The notes under the pieces were generated by a model. That model made no database searches and had not been told where the DNA came from. It worked only from the letters and a program-made list of their open reading frames with translations. Positions 18,016-28,423 of a stretch of 64,000 nt of DNA are shown in pieces. Every line of letters begins with the position of its first letter. Positions within the stretch are counted from its first letter, which is position 1. The stretch is from an uncultured virus (IMG/VR IMGVR_UViG_3300032893_000022) (taxonomy: Duplodnaviria > Heunggongvirae > Uroviricota > Caudoviricetes). Position numbers and translations under genes: made by a program. The stretch is from the IMG/VR virus record IMGVR_UViG_3300032893_000022; one strand, given 5' to 3'.

Positions 18016-18398
18016 TCTTTACAATATAGGGTTAGGATATTGCTACATCCAATACCTATCTTCCTAGACTACGCGATATAAACATCACTTATAGACTTAG
18101 GTCTAAGTCATGATCTAGCTTATACCCCTCATTCCAGGGAAATTAACCGTACCCTTAATCTATTAACTAGCTCTTATCAGGCTTGGCATTGCTGGCGTCA
18201 TGGGGGTTCGACATGTTTCAGTCTACAGCCCTGTCTGTTTAACGAGTCCGATTCCTATCGCATATCACTCGACAACTGTCTGGCTCTATGCTATCCTGGC
18301 AACTCGTACCAGCAAGGTGAATTGCTTCGAGGGAGTTAAGGTCTACAAGCTCTAGGTGTATGTCTTACTCTCTGTCGTGCATCACAAACGAGTTACAT

Positions 18399-18415
18399 TG
18401 CATCGTGTGTGCCAA
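18399..18415 (-). promoter_or_regulatory. Sigma54-type -24/-12 promoter candidate
   Basis: TTGGCACACACGATGCA (GG-N10-GC); exact IHF consensus AATCAAGTACTTA at 18422-18434. Confidence 0.6.
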
Positions 18416-18690
18416 CTGTGAAATCAAGTACTTAGCACACTTCGCATTGTCAAACTTCTATACAGAATTCCAGGAAATATAGTGATTCCAATATGTTAAG
18501 AAAATATACAGTGTCAAAATCGTAGACACTTGCATTTTTGCATATATGTAAATGGTGAAAGGGAAGGTATGGTAATGGAAAATAGAATAGGTTAGGGATA
18601 AAGAGTATATATAAATTCCAATTCCCCATTCCCAATTCTCTCCTCAAAAATCCTCACATTGCCAACAGGCATATGTATACAATCTATATA

Positions 18691-18706
18691 TGCAAGATTC
18701 ATACCA
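18691..18706 (-). promoter_or_regulatory. Sigma54-type -24/-12 promoter candidate
   Basis: TGGTATGAATCTTGCA (GG-N10-GC); IHF-like TTTCAAGAACTTA at about 18725-18737. Confidence 0.6.
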
Positions 18707-18751
18707 TCTGGAATAGAATAATAATTTCAAGAACTTATGCATATAGATTAT

Positions 18752-18781
18752 GGGGGTATGGGTAGGGAGGGTATGGGGGGG
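18752..18781 (+). other. G-rich tract with G-quadruplex potential
   Basis: GGGGG-TAT-GGG-TA-GGG-A-GGG-TAT-GGGGGGG. Confidence 0.55.
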
Positions 18782-19030
18782 TAGAGGACAATGATACATG
18801 TTGCCTAGTGACTAGTGTAATCCTAACATTTCATATATATAATATAGAAACATTTAAAATCTCACACAAAACTATACATAATATCCAAATTAAGCGTATA
18901 ATAACTTATAAACTTATTTTTTATACAAGTTAAGTGTTTATATTCATTAAGGTGAAAAGTCTTCTCTATAAGCCTATTAGAAGGTTTAAGATATGTTATT
19001 ATAGACCTTTGAATAATAACAACTGTATGT

Positions 19031-19555
19031 ATGGTATATTCAAAATTGTTTAAACTTATGTATGAAATTCCTGGAATAGGAATATTCATGTTAAAGAATG
19101 AGAAAAAGAAGTGTGTTTATATATTTTATTCTAAGAATCTTATAACATCATTATCCAGAAATGTTAGAGAAATGAAAGATAAGGTTCATGTATATAAACC
19201 TTTAAATTCGGATATAAGAAATTGGAAATTTGATATTATAGAAACATTATCAAAGAATGATACATTTCTTGATATTTCATGTAAAATGCAGTATCATAAA
19301 GAATTATATAAACAATTAGGATATGAAGTTAAAACAACAAGGATTATGGAAGTAAGATTTAGAGTAGATATTGGAGATGATTATAAGATTTATTGTAAAC
19401 TTATTACAAAAGGTTATAAACAACATATTGTAGGAATCTTTAATAATATGGAAGAAGCTAATGATTTCATACAATTATATAAACAAATGAAGATAATTAC
19501 ACCCATATATGCAAATAATGAATTAACTTGTAATTATATGAGGAATAAGTCTTAA
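19031..19555 (+). CDS. Degenerate GIY-YIG-like protein
   Basis: GIFML...CVYIFYS.NL spacing resembles GIY...YIG.S. Confidence 0.45.
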   Translation: MVYSKLFKLMYEIPGIGIFMLKNEKKKCVYIFYSKNLITSLSRNVREMKDKVHVYKPLNSDIRNWKFDIIETLSKNDTFLDISCKMQYHKELYKQLGYEVKTTRIMEVRFRVDIGDDYKIYCKLITKGYKQHIVGIFNNMEEANDFIQLYKQMKIITPIYANNELTCNYMRNKS

Positions 19556-20190
19556 TGACTTTAGCTGACGCTAAATTCAAGCTTCGGTCGCAATGTAATC
19601 ATTGCTCCCATATAAATGTGTTAAAAAATAATTTTATTCAGAATGATATTATAGGGTTAACTATGTTAATTGCTTTACTGTGAAGTGAAGAAATTAACAA
19701 CTAACGTATAATTAGTTTTTCTTGCTAATTAAGTTAGCGTAATTAAACTATTACAATTAACTACGGGATAGTGTCTTTAATGTGGACTATGACCTTTGTA
19801 ATAATTTTATATCTTGTAGTTTTTCTTACACCTACCCTTATTCTCAACTACCTATTCTTTAAATATTTATATAAGCTTTATAGACAACGTCTTATTAAAA
19901 AACGTAGATCTAAATTTAAGCTTATAAAAAATTCTCCAATAAATAAATTTAAATATTGATAATTATAGAAACATATGATAGTATATAGATAATGCTTTTT
20001 ATTATATTAATGATTTTGTTTATTATTCTATTACCTATTATATTACCACCTCCAGGTTCAGAATTTACAGGTAAAAAAGATAAATCATGGTGCCCACCAC
20101 ATATTTGGATTTATGGAACTGATGGATTTCTTTATTGTAAAGAATGTCATCAAAAACCTGGATATGAAGGTAGAGAATAAAATTAAAAGA

Positions 20191-20219
20191 TTGACTTTAT
20201 AGAAACATTATGGGATAAT
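20191..20219 (+). promoter_or_regulatory. Sigma70-type promoter, probably leaderless transcript
   Basis: TTGACT-N17-GATAAT with TG extension, 6 nt before ATG 20226. Confidence 0.6.
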
Positions 20220-20225
20220 GGTGTT

Positions 20226-20462
20226 ATGAAATTGGATGCTATGCAAGAATTTTATCTACAACGTGAAGAAGATGTGTCTGGTACTTCTGGAACAGGTGTA
20301 GTGGCTAGAGGAATTATCTTGCCATCAGGCAAGGCAGTCTTAGAATGGACTACATTTCATACATCTGTAGCTCTTTATAATAATATTCAAGATGTTGAAT
20401 TGATTCATGGACATGGTGGAAAAACTAAGGTAGTCTTGGTGGGTAGGAGAAAAAAGAAGTGA
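20226..20462 (+). CDS. Phage hypothetical protein
   Basis: FYLQREEDVSGTSGTGVVARG...IHGHGG pattern typical of a phage family. Confidence 0.7.
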   Translation: MKLDAMQEFYLQREEDVSGTSGTGVVARGIILPSGKAVLEWTTFHTSVALYNNIQDVELIHGHGGKTKVVLVGRRKKK

Positions 20463-21415
20463 AATCAATGATTGCAATAGTTTTATTATCTTTGATAGGT
20501 TTATTATTATGTATTTTTGGAATTCAACAATGAAGAAAATTATTGTTTATATATTAGCGGCTATATTAATCTTTGGAACCCATAGTTATTTACAACAAAG
20601 AAGTTATAAAGCTTCAGTGAAAAAACAATGTTTAACAAAAGGTTATCCTGAAGAAGATTGTGATGAATATATAAGGTTATTAAAATGACAAGAGAAGAGA
20701 ATAATTTAGAACTTCAAAAACTTTTACATTTCTTAATTATAATGAATCCAAACATGAGATTTTCTCAAATATTATTAAATTTTGGATTTGTTAAACAGGA
20801 ACGTCCAGCTAAACCCGAGGCTAGAATTTCTTGGCAAGATGAATTTTATATGGAACCTGAAGTAGTTTTAAAACGAGTTAAAAAACGAATAGAAGATATA
20901 GAAATCACTAATAAACAATTAAAGGATAAGAAATGATTTTAATTGCAACAAAAGATAAAAAAGAATGTATAAATTGTGCTGGATTTGGAGTATTTGAATT
21001 TAGACCAACTCGTTTAGAAGCTTGTAAAAAATGTAAAAGTGTTCATCCAGAACAATATGGGCTTCGTTATGAAAAATCTGGAGATAATTATCACTTTTAT
21101 TTAATTGAATCAAAACTATTAGATTGGATTTTAAAATGATTTTTAACGTAAGACGCGCATCATTTTTTCCAATTGTATTAGAAATGGAAGAACAACATAT
21201 TCTTGATACTTTAGAAGCGGCTGAACGTTGGACAGAACTTGAAGATTATGAACGTTCTTTACGACATTCCGACGCTTTAAAAGAAGTAAAGGTTGAATGT
21301 GAAAAACTTGAAGAACTTCTTGTTTTTCTTAATTCAATAGGTAATCCATTAAGTAGTTTAACTGTGAATTTTGCTAAAAAAACTATTGTTATCAATGATC
21401 TTGGGGATGAAAATA

Positions 21416-21781
21416 ATGACAGTTAATGAAAATGAAGATATTGTTTGTTGTGATGTAGATTTAACGTTAGTAAGTCCTGTTCAAGAAATTAATATGTATG
21501 ATATATTAATTACAAATCCTTATTCTGGAACAACAAAATATTACAAAGTTCATCATCAACATATTGAACTTATAAAGCAATATAAAGGTCGTGGATGTTT
21601 TGTTAGAGTTTGGAGTCATGGCGGAGCTAAATGGGCGGAGACCGTTGTAAAGACGTTAGGATTAGAATCTTATGTTGATAGTGTAGAAACTAAACCATTA
21701 AAACTAATAGATGATATGCCAGCTGAAAAGATTTTTAAGAATGTTATTTATTTAAGTGAAGATTGTGAAGAAACCAAATGA
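21416..21781 (+). CDS. HAD-superfamily phosphatase-like protein
   Basis: DVDLTLV (DxD), VWS, K..IDD. Confidence 0.7.
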   Translation: MTVNENEDIVCCDVDLTLVSPVQEINMYDILITNPYSGTTKYYKVHHQHIELIKQYKGRGCFVRVWSHGGAKWAETVVKTLGLESYVDSVETKPLKLIDDMPAEKIFKNVIYLSEDCEETK

Positions 21782-22368
21782 GAAAAGATGATGTGGTACT
21801 TATCCTTTGTGTTCTTGGTGTTATTGGTTATCTCCTTTTTGTATTATCATGTTTAGAAACATTAGGAATAATGAACCGAGACATTAAAAGAGTAATATTT
21901 CAACATTACAACGTTCCATTACCTAAGGAATAGATATGGAAATCAATAAAAGAGTCTGCAAAGTTTGTGGAAAAGAAAAAGATCGTATTCTTGTGGGGAA
22001 GTTTAATCACAAGGATAAGAAATATATAGATGAAACTGGTAAGAGTTGGAACGGATCTTCGTGTCCTGGATGCCATAAAGAACTTGTTCGACTTAAAACT
22101 CAATTAAAAAGATCAATAAAATGAAAAGAAGTGAAATGATCTTAAATATAGCATCAGAATTAGTGAGAGAAGAATCTAATTTCATTTCTTGGGATAAAGC
22201 TCAAATTTTAGCAGAACACGTTTTAAAACGAATTGAAAAAGAAGGAATGTTGCCTCCTTCTCAATTATTTAAAAATATTCCTTGGGGTTTTCAATGCGAA
22301 TGGGAACCTGAAACCGAAGATAGTTTTTCTGTTTCTAGAGAATCATATCAAAAATGGAAAAGAGGAGA

Positions 22369-22839
22369 ATGAATCTTCTTTATTATCCAAATATTAGTCT
22401 CACAACGTATTGTCATGAAGTTAAAACTTTTGATCATGGTATCCATATTGTTTTAGATAATATGAAAAGGATTATGGAAGAAGCAAATGGAATGGGCCTC
22501 GCGGCTAATCAAGTTGGATTAGATCTTAGGGTCTTTATAATGAAAGATCTTAAAGGAAAGATCTGGGAGTTTGTTAATCCCGTTATTATATTCGAAGATG
22601 ATGTTCAATATGAAGATGAGGGTTGTCTATCTTTTCCTGGAGTTGTAGTTCAAGTTAAACGTTCTAAACAAGTTAGTGTTAAAGCTCAAGATAGAAATGG
22701 CGAATGGTTTCATATAGGTGCTTATGGAAAAGAAGCAGTTTGTATTCAGCATGAAATGGAGCATTTAAACGGACAGACTTTTCTCAATGGGTTATCTAGA
22801 CAACAAAAAAGAGATGCATTGCGGAGTATTAAGAAATGA
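22369..22839 (+). CDS. def: Peptide deformylase
   Basis: GMGLAANQVG, EGCLS, QHEMEHLNG. Confidence 0.93.
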   Translation: MNLLYYPNISLTTYCHEVKTFDHGIHIVLDNMKRIMEEANGMGLAANQVGLDLRVFIMKDLKGKIWEFVNPVIIFEDDVQYEDEGCLSFPGVVVQVKRSKQVSVKAQDRNGEWFHIGAYGKEAVCIQHEMEHLNGQTFLNGLSRQQKRDALRSIKK

Positions 22840-22989
22840 TATTTTCAATATTAGGAAGTTTTACTTTAGGTGTATTATTATCTGAACTTGGATATAAAAC
22901 TAATTCATGGCAATTTTGGGTAATTATTTCTAGTTGGTCTATAATCGCCACTTGTATAGAAGTTCGATTAGCAAATTATAAAAAGAACC

Positions 22990-23379
22990 TTAAGAAACAA
23001 TAAGAGTAAAAGAATCTAATCCAGCCATTAAATCCATAAATAATTTAAACGTATCTCTAGAAGTTGTAATCATGTCATTAACACGTTCTTTACCCAATAA
23101 GACACATCCATCAGAGTCTTTATTGTAATTTCCCCAATGAAATAAGATATTTGAGTGATCTTCTACACCAGTAATCTCAAATGTAATAAAATCACTAGTC
23201 ATATTATGAAGTCTATGGGGACCACGAACACATTGAAAGGTTCCATTATAGAGTTTAGGCTTAGAATCATAGGAATGTTCAAGAGTTACAGCTATTTGGG
23301 TGCCATCTTCTTTTGTAAGAACACCAAATATTCCATTTTCATTATAATCATTTCGTTTTAAATATAAGATATTACTCAT
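22990..23379 (-). CDS. DUF5675-like (L,D-transpeptidase-like) protein, candidate endolysin
   Basis: TLE...GTF.C...ILFHWGNY..DSDGCVLLG; likely start MSNILYLKR at 23379. Confidence 0.7.
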   Translation of the reverse strand: MSNILYLKRNDYNENGIFGVLTKEDGTQIAVTLEHSYDSKPKLYNGTFQCVRGPHRLHNMTSDFITFEITGVEDHSNILFHWGNYNKDSDGCVLLGKERVNDMITTSRDTFKLFMDLMAGLDSFTLIVS

Positions 23380-23560
23380 CTTTTTTTCTTCTGTAGTTAT
23401 CTGCAGCTTGGATGTGGGTTGGGGATTCAGAAATAACTCTAATATCTTTTTTAATAACTTTAACATGATGACCTTGTGAACAATATAACCATTCAATATT
23501 ATTCACTATTTTTAAAAGCATCCAGCTATTGCAGATACTACATATACTACTTTGTTTCAT
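23372..23560 (-). CDS. Small zinc-ribbon-like protein
   Basis: CSIC...CSQGH; ATG 6 nt after TAACAACT. Confidence 0.55.
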   Translation of the reverse strand: MKQSSICSICNSWMLLKIVNNIEWLYCSQGHHVKVIKKDIRVISESPTHIQAADNYRRKKDE

Positions 23561-23566
23561 TATATC

Positions 23567-23627
23567 AGTTGTTACTTTAAAAAGCAATAAGTTTATATTT
23601 ATATACAAATGTTAAGTTTTAACAACT
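23567..23627. promoter_or_regulatory. Divergent pair of TAACAACT putative late promoters
   Basis: AGTTGTTAC at 23567-23575 (minus) and TTAACAACT at 23619-23627 (plus). Confidence 0.65.
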
Positions 23628-23761
23628 TATTATGTAGGAGATGTTTAATATCCTAAATGCCGTTTTTACGGTGAATTGATTACTTGCTTATAAGAATCAA
23701 AAAGAGTTGGATCAATTAAAGATTCTTACGTTATTATTAATAATAGAAGACAGGAAGAATA

Positions 23762-24193
23762 ATGTCTTTTCTAAAAACTTGCCCAAAATGTGGGGTTCAA
23801 AAAACCTCCGATGATTATTATCAAGATTTTTCAAGAATTGATAAATTAGAGAAAGAGTGTAAAACTTGTTCTCAAAGACGTTTAAAAGTTTCTAATACAA
23901 TTAAAAAACGCCGAAGAAAACAGAATTTAAAAAAATACGAACTAACTATTGGACAATATGATCAAATGTTAGAGAAACAATGTGGTTATTGTTATATTTG
24001 TTTAACACATTCTAAAGAATTAAATAAAAAATTAGCTGTTGATCATGATCATAATACAGGAAAAGTTCGCGGATTACTTTGTATGAAATGTAATACTGTT
24101 TTAGGGAAAGTTAAAGAATCAATTTTTATTTTAGAAAGAATGATTGAATATTTAAAAAAATATGGAGCTTATAATGAAAAACGTCCAGCCTAA
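23762..24193 (+). CDS. Endonuclease VII-family nuclease
   Basis: CYIC...AVDHDH...RGLLCMKCN. Confidence 0.9.
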   Translation: MSFLKTCPKCGVQKTSDDYYQDFSRIDKLEKECKTCSQRRLKVSNTIKKRRRKQNLKKYELTIGQYDQMLEKQCGYCYICLTHSKELNKKLAVDHDHNTGKVRGLLCMKCNTVLGKVKESIFILERMIEYLKKYGAYNEKRPA

Positions 24194-24473
24194 ATCGATT
24201 CCCTTCGTTTTGCTTTGCGCTTATGCTTTAAAATCCCTTATAACTGGTGCAGGAATTAATGAAGTATTACTTATTGGTATATTAGCTAGTTTAACGGGAT
24301 TTTATGAATCCAGAATGAGTGATAAAAGATTCAAAGAACTTCAAAAAGAATTTGAAGAACGCATTAAAGATGTTAAAGAACACAATAATATTCAAGATGC
24401 TAAAATCGAAGCTCTTCAATCTGCAAATTTGAATACAAAACTTGCAACCTCGCTTAAAGGAATTACTCGATAA
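24162..24473 (+). CDS. Membrane protein with coiled coil
   Basis: Two hydrophobic segments then a charged heptad region. Confidence 0.65.
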   Translation: MELIMKNVQPKSIPFVLLCAYALKSLITGAGINEVLLIGILASLTGFYESRMSDKRFKELQKEFEERIKDVKEHNNIQDAKIEALQSANLNTKLATSLKGITR

Positions 24474-24910
24474 TGGCTACCCCAACAGATCGTATGATAG
24501 CACAATTTCAAACTTTAGAAGACCTCCAAGCATTTGCTAAAGCTCAACAAAAAACTCTTATAGATCTTACAAAGAAACTTAAAGCTTCTGAGGATGAAAT
24601 TAAACATCTTAAAAAACTTTTAGAGGGGGCAGTTCCTGTTATTAACGCTCCAGCGAAAGTAGACTTTGCTTCTAATGATGAAGAAAGTATTGCTCGTGAA
24701 CAGTTATATTTATTAAAAAAAATAAGCTCAGAAAGAGAATTAAACTTTGAAGAAACCAAAAAAGTTGAAATATATTCTAAAATATTAATAGCCATTAAAG
24801 ATAAACCTAAAACTATTGAAGTTCAAACTAGAAGTTTAAGTAATGAAGAACTAATGGCAGTATTAAACGCAAGTGAAAACAATGATGGCCGAACAGACGA
24901 TCAGCACTAA
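24473..24910 (+). CDS. Helical protein, terminase small subunit candidate
   Basis: Position directly before the large terminase; positional inference only. Confidence 0.4.
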   Translation: MATPTDRMIAQFQTLEDLQAFAKAQQKTLIDLTKKLKASEDEIKHLKKLLEGAVPVINAPAKVDFASNDEESIAREQLYLLKKISSERELNFEETKKVEIYSKILIAIKDKPKTIEVQTRSLSNEELMAVLNASENNDGRTDDQH

Positions 24911-26372
24911 TAAAGAACTTCTCATAAAGAAAGAACAAGCTAAAGCTGAATTTTGGCGTAGAGGATATTTACGTTGGAAATGCCATCCAGTTCAAGCTGA
25001 AATGTATGATATTTTTTATAAAGCTGAAGAAAGAGCCAATCTTGTTTGGGTTCTTGCTCGTCAATCAGGAAAGACTTGGTTATTAGTTTTCTTGGCTTTA
25101 GAACAAGCTATTAAACAACCTAATTCAATTGTAAAGTTTGTAACCGATACAAAAGATCACGCAGAAACTATTCTTTTACCTATCTTTGAAGAAGTTTTAA
25201 AAGATTGTCCTTCAGATATTAGACCAGAATATAATGTTAAACAATACACTTTCCATCTTCCAAATGGATCTCAAATTCAATTGGCTGGTACAGATAATAA
25301 ACATTATAAAAAACTTAGAGGTCAAAAGGCCCATTTAACTCTTATTGATGAAGCTGGTTTTTGTAATGATTTGGATCAAGTGTATGGTAGTGCTTTATTT
25401 CCCACTACAACACATACTGGTGGAAAGAATATAATGGCTTCTACGATTCCTGAACAATTAGATCATTTGTTCTTTGGTTATATTGAAAGTGCTCAATTTG
25501 AAGGATATTTAACAGAAAAAACTATCTATGATAATCCTCTTTTGAATGAAGAAAAAATCGAAAAGATCGCAAGAAAAATGGGCGGAAAAGATTCACCAGG
25601 TTTTAGACGCGAATATTTAAATGAAATTGTTAAAGATGCCAGTATTTCAGTTATTCCAGAATTTACAAAAGAACTTGAAAAAGAAATTGCTTTACCTTGG
25701 GTTAAACCTCCTTTCTATGATAGTTATGTTTCTATGGATCTTGGGGGTAAGGATTTAACTGCGGTTTTATTTGGTTATTATGATTTTGTAAAAAATAAAT
25801 TAATAATTGAAGATGAAATTATAATGGATTTTAATAAAGAAGGTAATAATCTTGAAAAATTAACACAAAAGATCTTAGAAAAAGAAAAAGAACTTTTCTA
25901 TGATCCAATGATTAATGAACTTAAAAAACCTTATATGCGAGTTAGTGATATTAATCCTATTGTTACTCAAGAGATATTAAAATATTCTAGAGGACAATTA
26001 TATTTTGGAAATGCGAAGAAAGATGATAAAGATTCTGCTCTTAATCATTTGCGTTATTTATTGGGCGCGAGACAAATAATTATAAATCCTAAATGTAAAA
26101 CTCTTTTATTACATTTAAAGAATGTTCGCTGGAACTCTCCCACAAATAAAGAAAAATTCGCAAGATCTCCAGATTATGGACACTATGACGCAGTTGATGC
26201 TTTAAAGTATATGGTTCGTTCAGTTCAATTTAATAAGAATCCATATCCCCCCCATTATAATATTCAGAAACAAGATTTATATGTACCGAATCTTGAAAAA
26301 TTTGAACAAAGAATTAATCCAGTAGAAATTTATCACCAGATCTTTAATGTAAAGAAAAAGAAGAGGTTTTAA
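24882..26372 (+). CDS. terL: Terminase large subunit
   Basis: Walker A ARQSGKT, LRG, Walker B LIDEAG, FRREY, MDLG, HYDAVDALKY. Confidence 0.93.
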   Translation: MMAEQTISTNKELLIKKEQAKAEFWRRGYLRWKCHPVQAEMYDIFYKAEERANLVWVLARQSGKTWLLVFLALEQAIKQPNSIVKFVTDTKDHAETILLPIFEEVLKDCPSDIRPEYNVKQYTFHLPNGSQIQLAGTDNKHYKKLRGQKAHLTLIDEAGFCNDLDQVYGSALFPTTTHTGGKNIMASTIPEQLDHLFFGYIESAQFEGYLTEKTIYDNPLLNEEKIEKIARKMGGKDSPGFRREYLNEIVKDASISVIPEFTKELEKEIALPWVKPPFYDSYVSMDLGGKDLTAVLFGYYDFVKNKLIIEDEIIMDFNKEGNNLEKLTQKILEKEKELFYDPMINELKKPYMRVSDINPIVTQEILKYSRGQLYFGNAKKDDKDSALNHLRYLLGARQIIINPKCKTLLLHLKNVRWNSPTNKEKFARSPDYGHYDAVDALKYMVRSVQFNKNPYPPHYNIQKQDLYVPNLEKFEQRINPVEIYHQIFNVKKKKRF

Positions 26373-26374
26373 TA

Positions 26375-28420
26375 ATGAGTTATTTACCTAACGAGATGGA
26401 TAATAAACAATATTTTGCGGTTAAAGAACCAGAAGAAACAGCTTCTATTCTATTACAGAAAGCCCATAGTTTCTTTAATGATATGACCAAAAATAACTAT
26501 CTAGATAAACTTCGTATTATGTGGAAAGCATATCATGGAATTTATATGGATGGTGCAGATCACGAAATTGCTTTTACTGGAGAACAAGGTGAATTAGCAT
26601 TCTTGGTTGTTAATCATTTTAGAAATATTGCTAGACATATCTATTCAATGGTTACAGCCAATCGTCCAGTTATGGAAGCTCGTGCCATTAATACAGATGA
26701 TAAATCTCTTTCACAAGCTAATCTTGCCAATGGTATTCTTGATTATTATATGCGAGAAAAGAACTTAGAGGAAGTCATTAAAAAGGCTACAGAAATCGCT
26801 ATCTTCTTGGGCTCAGCATTTGTTAAATTAGAATGGAATGCAACAGCTGGTGAAGCATATGATTATGATGAAGAATCAAAATCTTTTAATTATGAAGGAG
26901 AGGTAGAATTTTCTTATCTTTCTCCTTTTGATATTGTTGTTGATGGTACCAAAGAATCATGGCGCCATGAATGGATATTAGTTAGAACATATAAGAATAG
27001 ATTTAATCTTATGGCTAAATATCCTGAGCTTGCAGATAAGATTCGTGGGCTTCCTACAAAAGCAGAACTTTATCGTTATCGTTTAAATCTTCTTTCTAAT
27101 GACAATACTGATGACGTTCCTGTTTATGAATTTTATCATAAACGAACCGAAGCAGTTCCTGATGGACGTTATCTATTATTCTTAGATGCCGATGTAGTTT
27201 TAATGGATATGCCATTACCATATGATGATATTCCTATCTATAGAATAGCTGCTGGAGAAATTGTCGGTACTCCATATGGTTATTCAGATATGTTTGATCT
27301 ATATCCATTACAAGAGGTCATTAATTCTGTTACATCATCTATTGTCACTAATGCAAATACTTGGGGAGTTTCTAACTTATTTGTTCAAGAGGGATCTAAT
27401 CTTGTAATTGAAAGTTTAGAAGGCGGATTAAACATTATAAAAGGAAGCCAAAAACCTGAAGTTCTTAATTTTTCTCAAATGCCCGATCAATTATTTAAAC
27501 TTCTTGATATGCTAGTACAAACTCAAGAAACCTTAAGCGGAGTTAGCTCTGTTACTCGCGGAAATCCCGAAGCCTCATTAAGAACTGGAACAGCTTTGGC
27601 ACTTGTTCAATCAATGTCCTTACAATATTCTTCAAGTCTTCAATCTAGTTATGTAAAACTTGTAGAAAATTGTGGAACTGGTCTATTAAATATTTTAAAA
27701 CGACACGCCAATACTCCAAAACTTGTAGCTTTAGTGGGAAAATACAATCAAAGTGATTTACGTCAATTTACAGGTGATATGATTAAGGACGTTAATCGTG
27801 TTGTAGTAGATATGGGCAATCCATTATCTAAGACAATTGCTGGACGTATGGAAATTGCCAGTGAACTTCTTCAAATGAAGCTTCTAAAAACTCCAGAACA
27901 ATATTTTCAAATTCTAAAAACTGGTAATTTGGATGTGGCATTTGAAGGTGATACATCACAACTTCGTTGTATTAAAAAAGAAAATGAAATGCTTATGGAT
28001 GGCAAAAAACCAATTGCGGATATGCTTGATAAACATAGTCTTCATATTAAAGAACACCAATCAGTTACTTCTGATCCAGAATTAAGATTAAATCCAATCT
28101 TACGAGCTGCTGTATTAGAACATATTCAAGAACATATTAATTATTTAAGAACTACTGATCCAGCCCTTTTACAAACAATTGGAGAACAACCATTGCCTCC
28201 TATTCCTGGACAACAACCACCTCAAATGCCTCCTCCACAAGGTCCAACAAAGGCTTCCGCAGATAATAATATTCCCGAACAAATGTCTCCAGTTCAAGGA
28301 CAAGTTCAACCTGGTCAACAAATTTCAGGTCCTGGAATACAAAATGTAGGAAATCCTGGATTACCTAAACCCCCAGCTCCATTTCAAAATCTCCCTGTAA
28401 CTGCGCAACCAATAGGATAA
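26375..28420 (+). CDS. Portal protein (P22-like)
   Basis: 681 aa after terL; VNHFRN..R, SGVSSVTRG, Pro/Gln-rich tail. Confidence 0.85.
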   Translation: MSYLPNEMDNKQYFAVKEPEETASILLQKAHSFFNDMTKNNYLDKLRIMWKAYHGIYMDGADHEIAFTGEQGELAFLVVNHFRNIARHIYSMVTANRPVMEARAINTDDKSLSQANLANGILDYYMREKNLEEVIKKATEIAIFLGSAFVKLEWNATAGEAYDYDEESKSFNYEGEVEFSYLSPFDIVVDGTKESWRHEWILVRTYKNRFNLMAKYPELADKIRGLPTKAELYRYRLNLLSNDNTDDVPVYEFYHKRTEAVPDGRYLLFLDADVVLMDMPLPYDDIPIYRIAAGEIVGTPYGYSDMFDLYPLQEVINSVTSSIVTNANTWGVSNLFVQEGSNLVIESLEGGLNIIKGSQKPEVLNFSQMPDQLFKLLDMLVQTQETLSGVSSVTRGNPEASLRTGTALALVQSMSLQYSSSLQSSYVKLVENCGTGLLNILKRHANTPKLVALVGKYNQSDLRQFTGDMIKDVNRVVVDMGNPLSKTIAGRMEIASELLQMKLLKTPEQYFQILKTGNLDVAFEGDTSQLRCIKKENEMLMDGKKPIADMLDKHSLHIKEHQSVTSDPELRLNPILRAAVLEHIQEHINYLRTTDPALLQTIGEQPLPPIPGQQPPQMPPPQGPTKASADNNIPEQMSPVQGQVQPGQQISGPGIQNVGNPGLPKPPAPFQNLPVTAQPIG

Positions 28421-28423
28421 TAG

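Noticed and set aside
18165..18225. Possible third hammerhead (GAAAC...CTGATAAG on the minus strand)
   Set aside because: Core reads CUGAUAA, breaking the C3-G8 pair; no valid NUH triplet or stem I; at most a decayed relic
18450..18647. 65-aa minus-strand ORF in the control region
   Set aside because: TTG start, low-complexity product, overlaps the putative regulatory dyads; not supported
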